The translations under genes were made by a program, and so were the position numbers. 64,000 bases of DNA, taken from NCBI RefSeq assembly GCF_009914755.1, contig NC_060940.1; one strand, given 5' to 3'. The notes beneath the pieces were generated by a model. The model was given only the letters and a program-made list of their open reading frames with translations, was not told the origin of the DNA and searched no databases. Source of the DNA: the human T2T-CHM13v2.0 reference genome, Homo sapiens. Shown piece after piece: positions 18,177 through 37,680 of this stretch (position 1 is its first letter; each line of letters begins with the position of its first letter).

Positions 18177-19147
18177 TCAACATTTCAGTATGTTCAAATC
18201 AAAGAATCAGGAAAACAAATGATCCGGCATTTGACTGCTTCTATGCACCTGTACACTGGACTTTCTGGAAAGGTGAAGAGCTGGCTGGAGCTCATCAGGA
18301 TCCAAGTATTAAGGAGCTGACAAGGGTCACTGTGCCTTCTCTTCTGTGCTTACCTCAGACAACAGCCCCTAACAGACCAGTCTGAGATGCTCCAGGTTCA
18401 CCCACACAGTGGCCCTGTACTGTCTGCTCAAGCTGAGCAATCAATCACCAACCTGAGACAGATTCAGGGATTCACTCGAGGGGTCAAATGGGAAATAGGC
18501 AGCTGACAACTCTCCCAATACCTAAACCCATCAAAGCAATTACCTGCACCTTAAGCAGAATCCAAATTGGCTATGGACTCAGATGTCTGATAACCTAAAA
18601 ACTAAATGGTGGCCGGGCGTGGTGGCTCACGCCTGTAATCCCAGCACTTTGGGAGGCTGAGGTGGGCGGATCACGGGGTCAGGAGATCGAGACCACCCTG
18701 GCTAACACAGTGAAACCCCGTCTCTACTAAAAATACAAAAAATTAGCCGGGCGTGGTGGCGGGCGCCTATAGTCCCAGGTACCCGGGAGGCTGAGGCAGG
18801 ACAATGGCATGAACCCGGGAGGTAGAGCTTGCAGTGAGCAGAGACTGTGTGCCACTGCACTCCAGCCTGGGTGACAGGGCAACACTCCGTCTCAAAAAAA
18901 AAAAAAGAACACTAAATGGTAGGCCCAGCACGGTGGCTCACGCCTGTAATCCCAACACTTTGGGAGTCTGAGACCAGCCTGGCCAGTATGGTGAAACCCC
19001 ATCTCTACTAAAAATACAAAAAATTAGCCAGGCGTGGTGGCGGGCACCACTGGTTGCTATTTACCCAAAGAGATAGAGGAAAAGAAACTCTAGACGTCTA
19101 ATTGCTTACTCTGAAAAGGGTGGTGGGAAACACTAAAAGAACTATCA

Positions 19148-19328
<181 letters not shown>

Positions 19329-20023
19329 TCACAACAGAGAACAAGCCAACCAAGAGCTGCCAAGTTCTTTAAAAGGTGGCTTTCTGTTCTACTGCCCTCT
19401 CCCTTCAAAGTGTTTCTCAACTTTAGCCTGTTTCTTAAAAGAGCAGATCTAAATGATAAAAAAAAGACATTCGATTCCAAAAATTAAGTCCTAATCACAA
19501 CCTACCACTTACTAGAAAGTCACCCAATCTCTCTCTATCTCTGAGTAGCGTTATGAAACATAAACCCTAAAAGCCCCTGAGCACAGACAGCACCAGCACA
19601 AAGACTTGTGTCCTAACAGTATGGCAAAACTGGACAATATCAGCACACGTCATCTCCACTGAGGAGGCTGTCCCTCCACACACGGACTGCCTGGTGCTGT
19701 TACCAGCTCTCCCGGCCCAGCAGCACTGACACAGGCCGGTGGTCACTGAGCCTGAGAAAAGCCCATGATGTCAGTCAGAACTGTCACAGCAGACAGGTGC
19801 CCTTGTGCTGCACTAGGCACGTGCGCTAAACACCTCCAAAGAGCCGCAGAGGGGCCGGGCGCGGTGGCTCACGCCTGTAATCCTAGCACTTTGGGAGGCT
19901 GAGGTGGGTGGATCACCTGAGGTCAGGAGTTTGAGATCAGCCTGACCAACAAGGAGAAACCCCATCTCTACTAAAAATACAAAATTACCCAGGCGTGGTG
20001 GTGCATGCCTGTAATCCCAACTA

Positions 20024-20227
<204 letters not shown>

Positions 20228-21310
20228 TCAGGATCCAAGGACCCTTGTGGTCTGGCTCCAAAGACCTGCACTTCATCCTCACAAATCTGAGGCAGCCATC
20301 GTCAGCCCAGTTTATAGATGAAAAAAAGAAGGTGAAATAACTTGCCCAGGGTCACACAGGGACTCTAACTCAAGACATTTGACCTAGAAAAATGTCACTC
20401 TTATACTGGACAACTGTAAGACAGGAAAACTACATACAATCAGAACTGGTCTCATGTGGTATATTAAAAACAGCTTTGAAATGAGCCCATATATGTTGTT
20501 TTGAAAACTTTTCAAAACATCACATGGCCAGACAACATGGGAGTAAAGGTTAATTACACTTTTGGTGAATTACAAAGACACATTCATTACATTTTCAACA
20601 TGTGAACACTAAAGAAATATACCTTTTTTTTTTTTCCCGAGAGGATCTTGCTCTGTCACCCAGGCTAGAATACAGTGGCACGATCACGGCTCACTTTAGC
20701 GTTGACCTCTCAGGTTCAAACCATCCTTCCACCTCAGCCTCCAAAGCAGGTAGGACTATAGGAACACGTCACTACACCCAGCTAACATTTCTGATTTTGT
20801 AGAGACTTTGCCCAGGCTGGTCTCGAATTCCTGGGCTCAAGCAATCTTCCGGCCTCTGCCTCCCACCAAAGTACTGGGATTACAGGCGTGAGCGCACACC
20901 TGGCCATCTGTAACTTTTTCAGAGCTTAATATGATTAATATTGCTGTTTGACAGTTTACAAGTTGAGAAACTTAGTTTATTTATAGACTGCCTTATAACA
21001 AATATAGCACACATCCTTTCCTAGGCAACTTCCAGATAAAACATATCAAGGCCTGGGTCTTTTGTGGTCAGGCTGAGGCTGACTCAGGCTGGAAGCAGCC
21101 AATGATGAGGACAGGGAGGGTATCTTCTCCCAGGTAAAACAACTGAGTACTGGGAGGATCCTGGGTAGAAATGTGCCAGGAGTTCCATCCATCAAGCTTA
21201 AGGTGATGGTCCAGGCAGAAAATAAAGGCCCACAATTTTTTTTTTGGAAGGGGACAGGGAGACACAGCGTCATCTTGTCACCCAGGCTGGAGTGTAGAGG
21301 CAACATCTGA

Positions 21311-21427
<117 letters not shown>

Positions 21428-21529
21428 TAGAGACAGGTTATCACCATGTTGGTCAGACTGGTCTCGAACTCCTGACCTCATGCAATCCGTCTGCCTCGGC
21501 CTCCCAAAGTGCTGAGATTACAGGCGTGA

Positions 21530-21835
<306 letters not shown>

Positions 21836-21857
21836 TGAGCCACTGTGCCTGGCTTGA

Positions 21858-22181
<324 letters not shown>

Positions 22182-23198
22182 TGAGCCACTGAGCCCTGCC
22201 TATCATAAGCAATTTGAAATCATTAGACAGGTTTCACAAACATTAGTTTGAAGGGCAGAGTCTATCATATAGGTTCATTATAATTTATTCACTCATTTCT
22301 CTTCTTGGGCATTTTTCTTGATCCAAATTTCAATCTCATAAACAATTTTGTCATAAGTATCATTTATCCATTCATTCATTTATCTGAGACAGACTCTTGT
22401 TCTGTTCTCCAGGCTGGAGCACAGTGGTGCAAGCACAGCTCACTTCAGCCTTGATCCTCCGGGCTCAACTGATCCTCCAGCCTCAGCCCCTCGAGTAGCT
22501 GGGACTATAGTTGCAGGCCACCTTGTCTGGCTAATTTTTTTGGTATTTTGTGTACAGACAGGGTTTGTCATCTTGCCCAGGCTAGTCTCCAACTGGGCTC
22601 ATGCGACCCACCCACCCTAGTCTCCCAAAGCTCTTGGATTACAGGCATGGACCACTACACCTGGCCCACAAACATCTTTACTATAACCATGTTTCCATGT
22701 ATTTCCAATTACTTTCTTAGGATAGAGATTTCTAGAAATAAGTCACAAGGCAGAGATACTTTTAGGCCAGGCATGGTGGCTTGTGACTGTAATCCCAGAA
22801 CTTCGAAGACTGAAGTAGGAGAATAGCTTGAGGCCAGGAGTTGGAGGCTACCGTGAGCTATGAGCACGCCACTGCAATCCAGCCTGGGCAGAACAAGATC
22901 CTATCTCAATAGTTGTATTACATCTTTTTTTTCCTCTTAAAATAAGTTACGATAAACATCTTTTCTCTGCATTCATTTTCACATATCCTTAAGACACATT
23001 CCCAACAGTGGAATTCTGGAAAAAAATGTTTAAAACACCAACAGTAGGCCAGGTGCAATGGATCACGCCTGTAATCCCAGCACTTTGGGAGAGTGAGGCG
23101 GGCAGATCACAAGGTCAGGAGCTTGAGACCATCCTCGCTAACATGGTGAAACCCTGCCTACTGAAAATACAAAAAATTGGGCCGGGCGCGGTGGCTCA

Positions 23199-23676
<478 letters not shown>

Positions 23677-23802
23677 TCACTCTCCCACAACACTGCTGCT
23701 CCACCACACCCAGCTAATTTTCTATTTTTTTTCTAGAAACATGTTCTTCAGGCAAAAACTCCTGGGCTCAAGTGATCCTTCACTTTTGGCCTCCAAAAGT
23801 GA

Positions 23803-24020
<218 letters not shown>

Positions 24021-24901
24021 TAATAGAGATGGGGGTTTCTCCATGATGGTCAGGCTGGTCTCGAACTCCCGACCTCAGGTGATCTGCCCGCTTCAGCCTC
24101 CCAAAGTGCTTGGGTAAGAGGTGTGAGCCACAGGGCCCGGCCCTTGTTTACTCTAATTCTTTGAGTGAGGAGGACCTTTTTCTTTTCCACATGCTTATAA
24201 ACACTGGTTATCAAATAGTTGTTTTTTTTTTTTTTTTTTTGAGACGGAGTCTCGCTCGGTTGTCCAGGCTGGAGTGCAGTGGCACAATGTCGGCTCATTG
24301 AAACCTCCGCCTCCTGGGTTCCAGTGATTCTCCTGCCTCAGCCTCCCAAGTAGCTGGGACTACAGGTGCCCACCACCATGACCGGCTGATTTTTGTATTT
24401 TCGGTAGACACGGTGTTGTACTATTTGGCCAGGCTGGTGTTGAACTCCTGAACTCGTGATCTGCCCGCCTCGGCCTCCCGAAGTGCTGAGATTACAGGCA
24501 TAAGCCACCTCGCCTGACCTAATTATTTTAATATGAGCCCCCTGTAAGGTCAAAAATGACTTTTAGGGAGTGGGAGATGCGGGTAGTTTTCAGGGAGTAA
24601 CTCTTGTATATTGTACATTTTCACATAGGACAAAAAGGTCTCTGACCTGTTCTAGCTCTCTAACCCATTCTCTCAAGGCACATGCCACCACGCCTGGCTA
24701 ACTCTGGCATTTTTTTGTAGAGACGGGGTTTCCCCATGTTGCCCAGGCTGGTCTTGAACTCCCGGGCTCAAGCAATCCTCCTGCCTCAGCCTCCCAAAGT
24801 GTTGAGATTACAGGCGTGAGCCACCACATGCCTGGCCAAGGCCACTATTTTAAATAGAATTTTTTTTTTTGAGACAGAGTTTCGCTCTGTCACCCAAGTA
24901 G

Positions 24902-24994
<93 letters not shown>

Positions 24995-25926
24995 TAGAGG
25001 ACAGCACCACCATGCCCAGCTAATTTTTGTATTTTTAGAAGAGGCAGCGTTTCACCATGTTGGCCAGGCTAGTCTTCAACTCCCGACCTCAGGTGATCCA
25101 CCCACCTCAGCCTCCCAAATTGCTGGAATTACAGCTGTAAGCCACTGCACACGGTCCAGGAATTTATTCTTTATTGAGAATTGCATTCCTGTGTCAAATG
25201 AAACATCTCAGGTACCCCCCAAATATATACACCTATTATGTAGCCACAACAAATTTTTTAAATAGGCTGGGCGCAGTGGCTCACGCCTGTAATCTCAACA
25301 CTCTGGGAGGCTAAGGCGGGTGGATCACCTGCGGTCAGGAGTTTAAGACCAGCCTGGCCAACATGACAAAACCCCGTCTCTACTAAAAATACAAAAATCA
25401 GCCAGGCGTAGCGATGTGCACCTGTAATCCCAGCTACTCAGGAGGCTGAGGCAGGAAAATCGCTTGAAACCAGGAGGCAGAGGTTGCAGTGGGCCGAGAT
25501 CACACCACTGCACTACAGCCTGGGCAACAAGAGTGAGACTCTGTTTCAAAAAAAAAAAAAATTTTTTTTTAAATAAATAAACAGAATTTACTTGAGGCCA
25601 GGTGCAGTGGCTCACGCCTATAATCACAACACTTTGGGAGGCCAAGGCAGGTGGATCACCTGAGGTCAGGAGTTTGAGACCAGCCTGACCAAAATGGTGA
25701 AACCTCATCTCTACTAAAAATATAAAAATTAGCTGGGCGTGGTGGCGGGTGCCTGTAATCACAGCTACTTGGGAGGCTGAGGCATGAGAAGAGAAGGAGG
25801 TTGCAGTGAGCCGAGATCATGCCACTGTACTACAGCCTGGGCGACAAGAGCAAAACTATATCTCCAAAAAAAAAAAAAAAAAATTAGCCAGGCATGGTGG
25901 CAGGCACCTGTAATCCCAGCTACTCA

Positions 25927-26031
<105 letters not shown>

Positions 26032-26446
26032 TCAAAAAAAAAAAAGGAAGAATTTACTGTAAAACGTATTGACATCTTGTAATGCAAGCGGAGGGACCCT
26101 TTCCCTTGGGTTTTATATTTTTCACTGGCTCCCTCATCCCATGCTCAGTGCCTTCCCGGTCTTCACTCAAGAACCAGAATGGCATCAAACCCCTCTACTA
26201 ACCTCTGGTCATACTAGCGATGGGTGATTAGGGATTAAAAAACAATTAAAATTGAGTGAGTTTAAATCATGTATTCTTACCAGGCACAGTGTAATCACAC
26301 CTGTAAACCCAGCACTTTGGGAGAGTGAGGTGGGTGGATCACCTGAGGTCAAGAGTTCAAGATGAGCCTGGCCAACATGGCGAAACCACATCTCTACTAA
26401 AAATACAAAAATCAGCTGGGTGTGGTGGCGGGCACTTCTAATCTCA

Positions 26447-26581
<135 letters not shown>

Positions 26582-27009
26582 TTAAAAGGCTCCACTGGGG
26601 GCAACAACGAAAAAAAGCTGAAAAATGCTACTCTAAATGAATTTACTGGCCAGGCATAGTGGCTCACACCTGAAATCCCAATACCAGTGAGAGGCCAAGG
26701 TGGCAGGATCACTTGAGGGCAGAAGTTTGAGACCAGCCTGGGCAACATAGTAAAACCCTGTCTCAAAAAAAAAAAAAAAAAAAAAAAAAGGCCGGGTGTG
26801 GTGGCACACACCTATACCCGCAGCTACTCAGGAATCCGAGGCAGGGCTATCACTGAGCCGAAGAGGTCAAGGTTACAGCAAGCCATCATCACGCCACTGC
26901 CCTCCAGCCTGGGTGACAGAACAAGAACCTGTCTCAAAAATAAATAGGACAGGCGCGGTGGCTCACAGCTGTAATCCCAGCACTTTGGGAGGCCGAGGCA
27001 GGCGGATCA

Positions 27010-27309
<300 letters not shown>

Positions 27310-27729
27310 TTAGGAGACTGTGGAAGAAGGATCACCTGAGCCCAGCAATTCACTTACAGTCAGCTATAATCATGCTGCTGCACTCCAGCCTGGGCAACAG
27401 AGTGAAACTCTGTATCAAAAAGAAAAAGAAGCTAGGCACGGTGGCTCAACCTGTAATCCCAGCACTTTGGGAGGCTGAGGCGGGCGGATCACCTGACGTT
27501 GAGAGTTCGAGACCAGCCTGATCAACATGGAGAAACACCATCTCTACTAAAAATACAAAATCAGCCGGGCATGGCGGCTCATGCCTGTATTCCCAGCTCC
27601 TCAGGAGGCTGAGGCAGAATTGCTTGAACCTGGGAGGAGTAGGTTGCAGTGAGCCAAGATCGCACTACTGCTCTCCAGCCTGAGCAACAAGAGTGAAACT
27701 CCGTCTCAAAAAAAAAAAAAGAATTTACT

Positions 27730-28440
27730 AATGTAGATAAAATAACACAACTACTGAGTACTAAAAAAATGCAAATTGAGATCAGAAAGAAATGCCATTT
27801 TACAACCACTAAACTGCAAAAATTAAACAGTCTGATAATACAAAGTGTTGGTGAGCGTGCAGACACTGCTATGGGACTTTACCAAATAGAAACAAGAAGA
27901 CAACATTACAAAATTGTCTTGCGAGGATAAATACGGGTATCTCCTATAAACCAGCAATCCCTCTCCTAGGAATATACCCAAAATAAATCCTTATCCACGT
28001 GACAAGGAAGTTATGCAAAAATATTCATATTGTCTGCAGTAGCAAAACTAGAATCAATCTAAATGTCTATGAATAAAGCAAAGATCGTTTGAGAATTATT
28101 CAAGCAGCAATGAAAACTATATGCAACAACCTGGGCAAACAGAAACATGATACTGAACCAAAAAAATCTAATTTTAAAGACTCTACACTATGAAACCATT
28201 CAAAACTAAGCAAAAATAAACACTGTTCAAGGACTCATAAAAATGTAATTAAAATTTTTAAAAGCAACAAAATGAGATAACACATATTATCATTTAGGAC
28301 ACTGACAGGACGCTGGACACAACATATAAACAGTACTGGCTGTATTCTAGCTCTGAGCTTGAGTGGCAGGATAACAAGCAACTACCTTATTATTTTGCTT
28401 CATAACTTACGTATGTTACATTTTTCTTGTTAGTTCAATA
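27730..28440 (+). mobile_element. Ancient L1ME-like 3' fragment
   Basis: atgcaaattgag...ccattttac...tgataatacaaagtgttggtga...ccagcaatccctctcctaggaatataccca is typical of the L1M ORF2 end / 3' UTR. Confidence 0.7.
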
Positions 28441-28486
28441 TTGGGTTCTTCGCAGTAGGAATAAATCAACATTAAATAAAACTTAC

Positions 28487-28585
28487 ATCTAATTCAAAAA
28501 ACAGGTCTCTTTCTTTACTTGCAATCTCATAATCTGCTCGGAGGGCCAAGTCGTGGATTTTGGTACATTCTCCTAAATCCATGCG
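28487..28585 (-). CDS. LUC7L: LUC7L coding exon 3 (RMDLGECTKIHDLALRADYEIASKERDLFFELD, 99 nt)
   Basis: Pyrimidine tract plus cag acceptor; GAT|GTAAGT donor; supplies the last Cys/His of zinc finger 1. Confidence 0.97.
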
Positions 28586-28831
28586 CTGTGGGAAAGAAAC
28601 AGAAAATGCAGACCTCAGTGCCTACCTACTGTAGAAAGCACACAACGCGACTTGGTGTTTCAACTGTCACCAACAGAAATGATCACTTTTGGAACACTGA
28701 CACTGCAATAAGAAAATTAAGAAAGGAGATATGGCTGAGAAGCCTCATTTCACTTTTACCATCGTGACTACGTGATACTTGAAACTGATGCATTTAATAG
28801 TGTAAAGTTTCTATTTTAGACCCAGAGATAA

Positions 28832-33656
<4,825 letters not shown>

Positions 33657-35067
33657 GAAATACTCTCACTCAGATTATTTTTCTCACCAGTATTCTGCAG
33701 CTATGCTACACAGGGTCTGGCCAAGGAAAACATGGTTGAAATCTTCCCGAGAGTGCACATCTATCTGCTCCCTCTGACTTCCTTCACTATGGGTTTATCA
33801 AGAATTCCAAGTTGTGCATCCTATAAAATACCCTACAGTGAAACTTCCTTTGACGAGTTGAAATCATTAATCTGTATTGACCTCGGTACACACAACAATC
33901 TGCATCAAACAGTAACGTTTTCCCATCCCAGGCCAAACAGCAGACAACACCCCAAGGAACAGAGGCACAAGGTTTGGCATTCATTTCGCATTTGCTGTCA
34001 GAAAACTCAGCTTGAGAAGTTTTAATACATCTGAGCGGTTTTCCAGAAGGTGCTCCTCCCTAATATAAGCAATGATTCATCATGAAGAAAACTTCCTTTA
34101 ACATATGCACATTTCATCCTTAAAATGAGAGGATAGTTTTTAACCTCCGTGAGGTAGCTGTGAAACCTTAAAATGGGGGTGGTCTCTACAGGACTCCTTT
34201 TCTCTCAGTGGCGTAATCACCACAGATAACCTTCCACTATTCAGTCTTTTCAAATTCTTACTTCGAATAAATGCACATTATACAAAGCTAGCGTTTATCT
34301 GTTTTGTTCATCTGAAGTGAACTTAAAATTGTAGGGTTCTATATTCATTAGATAGCATGTTGATTTCTTGAAGGGGTGGCACAACACAAAACTACAAAAT
34401 CAATGTATCCTCAACTGATTTTTAAAAACCAAAAAATTGCGGGAAGAAAATGTACCTTGCTAGATCAAAAGTTTTCCACACAACCAACTTGAGGTCAAAC
34501 AAACCCACGCAGAATCTTCAAAGAACTTCAGGCTGACCTAAAGCATATTTTTTGCTACAGCCAAATTAGAATACTTGCCCTATTTAGTTGTGAATATCTC
34601 AGTATAAATGACTTTACAAAAAATCTGGTAACTTTACAGACAGAATTTTACAACAGTGAAATTTGTTCCATAATATAAAATCCTACCAAATGAATAGAAT
34701 CTATCATTTTAAGGGCATCAGGGATTTCTGCCTGTTGAAGAGTGGAGGATTGAGAAAGGAGCAGTGGCTCATGCCTGTAGTACCAGCTGCTCAAGAGGCT
34801 GAGGTGGTAGGATTGCTGGAGCCCAGGAGTTCAAGGCTGCAGTGAGCTGTGATCACACCACTGCACTTCAGCCTGGGCAACACAGAGTGACACTCCATCG
34901 CATGCATGCATGCAAACATACATACGAGTGGAGGAACACCTGCCATAATTAAGCCACTTAGAGAAAAAGAGACTTAAGTTAAAACAAAATTCAACATAGA
35001 AAAACCGTCACTGCCTATACAGCACTCATGTCAGAGTGTTCCATGAGGTCCCCCAAAATGCACCTAC

Positions 35068-35162
35068 CGTCCCAGCCAGGATGTCATGGGGGCAGCAGTC
35101 CAGAAGGTGACTCTTGCAGACACGGTCATCTGTAAACTTGACCCTCTGTCTGGTTTCGTCTC
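35068..35162 (-). CDS. LUC7L: LUC7L coding exon 2 (DETRQRVKFTDDRVCKSHLLDCCPHDILAGT, start of zinc finger 1, 95 nt)
   Basis: cag acceptor at 35163-35165 and ACG|GTAGGT donor; 61+95=156 nt keeps frame. Confidence 0.97.
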
Positions 35163-36158
35163 CTGAAATTCATTTGTGGTTTTAAATAAGACAATATTAT
35201 CACATTAACCACCAAAAAATAACTAGTATAACAATTCACCTGGATGATTTGCAGACTATCATTTCTGTGTTCTCCCCATCAAATGCAATGAAAAGCTGAT
35301 CTAAAGATATTTACAACTGGAGTGGAATACACATTTTTTTGAGGCTAGTTATATCATGGAGAATCACACTTAATGAGATCTGACTCCATCACTGTACCAA
35401 AGAAGTCAAGGAGTCAGACGTAAACAGCTGAGCACCAAAAGGCCATTGGCTCCACATATACATGTGGCAATGAGACTGCAAAACCCAAGCTAATCAGAGG
35501 TCCATGAACCACCAAGGGTGACTTATAGAGCTGGTAATTTCCACCAACAAAAGCTACTTATTAATCTAATCTTTTTGTTATGAACAAATGCAGAGGCAGT
35601 ATTTTGCCCAAAATTGAATGAAGAAGAAAGCTTTCAAACTCTATCGAAGACTGTTAAATAATCTAGATCTATTCTTCCTACGTCCCTTTCGTTCCCACCC
35701 TTAAAAAAGAGAGTTGCTACCTGGGAGTCACTTTTAACAAGACAATACCAAAAAAAGCAAAAAAGGAACTAGGTTAGTCAATACACACTGTGAGCTCCAA
35801 CACATACTGTACCCATCTGCATTCTTCAAGACCTCAGCTGCAGAATTTTATGCCCGCTGTTGAAAAGTGTTAAAGGAAAAGTTTTCTTGCCCACACCTGC
35901 AGTAAGGAAGTCGGGGGAATGATACATAAAAGTAAAGGTAAAGTGGTATGTGACAAATTTTAAAGCTAGTCTGTGTATACAACACAGAGCTGTGCAACGC
36001 TAGAGGAGGAATATATTTTAGGATTTGCAAGCATCCAGGATTAATGTAGTGTCTTTTTATTGAAAATGTTTTCTTTCTAAACTACACTTTTAAAGTTACT
36101 TGTGAAAAAAAGCAAACACTTTTTTGTTATAACAGCTTAGAAATTGGTTGTGACTCAC

Positions 36159-36228
36159 GGCTCGATGAACATGAGGCTTTCTGCAACTCCCTTGCAGATT
36201 GATGTAGGCAGGCAAAGATACACTGAAC
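36159..36228 (-). other. LUC7L: 70-nt frameshifting (poison) cassette exon in LUC7L intron 1
   Basis: ttttatttataaag acceptor and GCC|GTGAGT donor; inclusion gives TGA at 35128-35126 in exon 2; lies in an Alu-free intron; consistent with the NMD exon reported for LUC7L cross-regulation (recalled). Confidence 0.8.
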
Positions 36229-37104
36229 CTTTATAAATAAAATAGAGGGGCCACAATTGTTCAGTTTGTATGAAATAAAAATATGGGAAGCAATTCAAAA
36301 GCAACTCAATATACAAAGAAAGCTAAAAAGCACTTATTCACCTATGAAATAAAGTGCAAATAATCTGCACAGCCCTGAGAATGTGCCAGTGTGAACTTAC
36401 AACTTCATTACTCAGCAGAAAAGAAAACACAAACCACAGCAGGTATATAGTTTTGCAAAGATGCAACCGCTTTCTCCTGTGACAACCATCATGATCTTGA
36501 GCTCCTCCCTACACAGTACAACCTACCTAACGACTGTCAAGCGCTGGCTACACAGAGGCTCTCCTGTGTGCTGGGGGGAAGGGGGCAGCTGGAAAAGTAC
36601 TTGGCAGAAACCCACGTTAGAAAAGCTCAGTTTACGGTTCCCCTTGCAATGGTACAGAACCAGAGCGGGCCAGGTTTTCGAGGCCCATCCGGCTCCCTCG
36701 GGTGTAGCTTCTTCCCAAGGAGCCTCGGAAGAGTTCTGCCACCCGGCTGCCAGCGACCTGGAGCCCACGCTGATTCCAGCCCTCCGCCGACTCCACAGTT
36801 CGCGGAGGGGCACGGAGCCGCGGCGCCCGCCGGGGAGGAAGTAGCAGGACGGTACATAGGAAGGAGGCTGAAGCCCCATCCATGGCGCAGACTCCGAGAG
36901 AGGAGCCCGACCTGGACCCACGGCCGCCTCAGAGACGCACCGGCTTAGACAAAGGCCCGGCGCCTGCGGTCGGAGCGCGGGGGAGGAGGAGCGATGCCCC
37001 GCGCAGGCGCAGGCGCAGACGATCGCGGCCCCCGCCTCAGGCCGCCCGGCGGCCTCGCCTCACTCCCACCCCAGACCCTCGCCTGGTTGGCCGCTCTGAC
37101 TCAC

Positions 37105-37165
37105 CGTCCCGAGCCGTGCCCATGAGCTGGTCCAGCAGGGCCCGCATCTGCGCCTGGGCGGACAT
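37105..37165 (-). CDS. LUC7L: LUC7L coding exon 1 (MSAQAQMRALLDQLMGTARDG, 61 nt)
   Basis: ATG at 37165 inside a CpG island; recognisable LUC7 N-terminus; donor ACG|GTGAGT; phase 1 joins exon 2 in frame. Confidence 0.97.
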
Positions 37166-37325
37166 GGTAGCCGGCGGAGGCGACGGGGTCGGCCGCGACG
37201 ACTTCTCTCAGGCAGGCGGTGGCAGCGGCGTCGACAAACGATGGTCGCGTCGGCCTCGAGCCCACTCGGCTCTTTCCCGCCGCGGGGGACGCCGGGAGGA
37301 AGTACGACGGCGCCGGCGCACGCCC

Positions 37326-37341
37326 TGCTGGGAAATGTAGT
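37326..37341 (-). promoter_or_regulatory. ACTACA-extended ZNF143 (SBS / M4) promoter motif
   Basis: Minus strand reads ACTACATTTCCCAGCA, matching ACTAYRNNNCCCR, about 160 bp upstream of the LUC7L ATG. Confidence 0.8.
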
Positions 37342-37651
37342 TTCTGGGGTGGGTGCTTAGGGAGGCTGAGGCTCTGAGTGGTCGCAAGTTGTCCAACGGC
37401 GGAACCAAAATCCCAACCCTGATTTTACTCTAGACCCCCAGGACCTCAAACGAGTCTCTACGGAGGGTAAACTACAATAAAATGAAATACAGTCAATCAA
37501 AAACAAGATGAATCCGTGCTTTTTCTAAGCTAGCCATGAAACCGTGAGCATATTATTTAGCTCCCCGACGCTCGTTTTTTTAAATCTGTGAAATGAGGGT
37601 TCTAAAGGTGCCCCTCATATGATTTTTGTGAAAGTTAAATAAAGCATGGAA

Positions 37652-37680
37652 TTTTATTTATTTATTTATTTATTTATTTA
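37652..37680. repeat. (TTTA)n microsatellite derived from an Alu tail
   Basis: Direct TTTA repeats; other Alu-tail STRs at about 4257 (CAAA), 27226 (AAAT), 33636 (GAAAA) and 55051 (ATA). Confidence 0.85.

Larger units (their letters stand above)
36680..37420 (-). promoter_or_regulatory. LUC7L: LUC7L CpG island promoter / 5' UTR
   Basis: Very high GC and CpG density around the ATG; tandem NRF1-like GCGCAGGCGC motifs at about 37001-37018. Confidence 0.9.

Noticed and set aside
36461-37408. Overlapping Arg/Pro/Gly-rich ORFs at the LUC7L promoter
   Set aside because: Stop-codon depletion in a CpG island; only the 61-nt exon 1 frame is supported by splice sites and homology.
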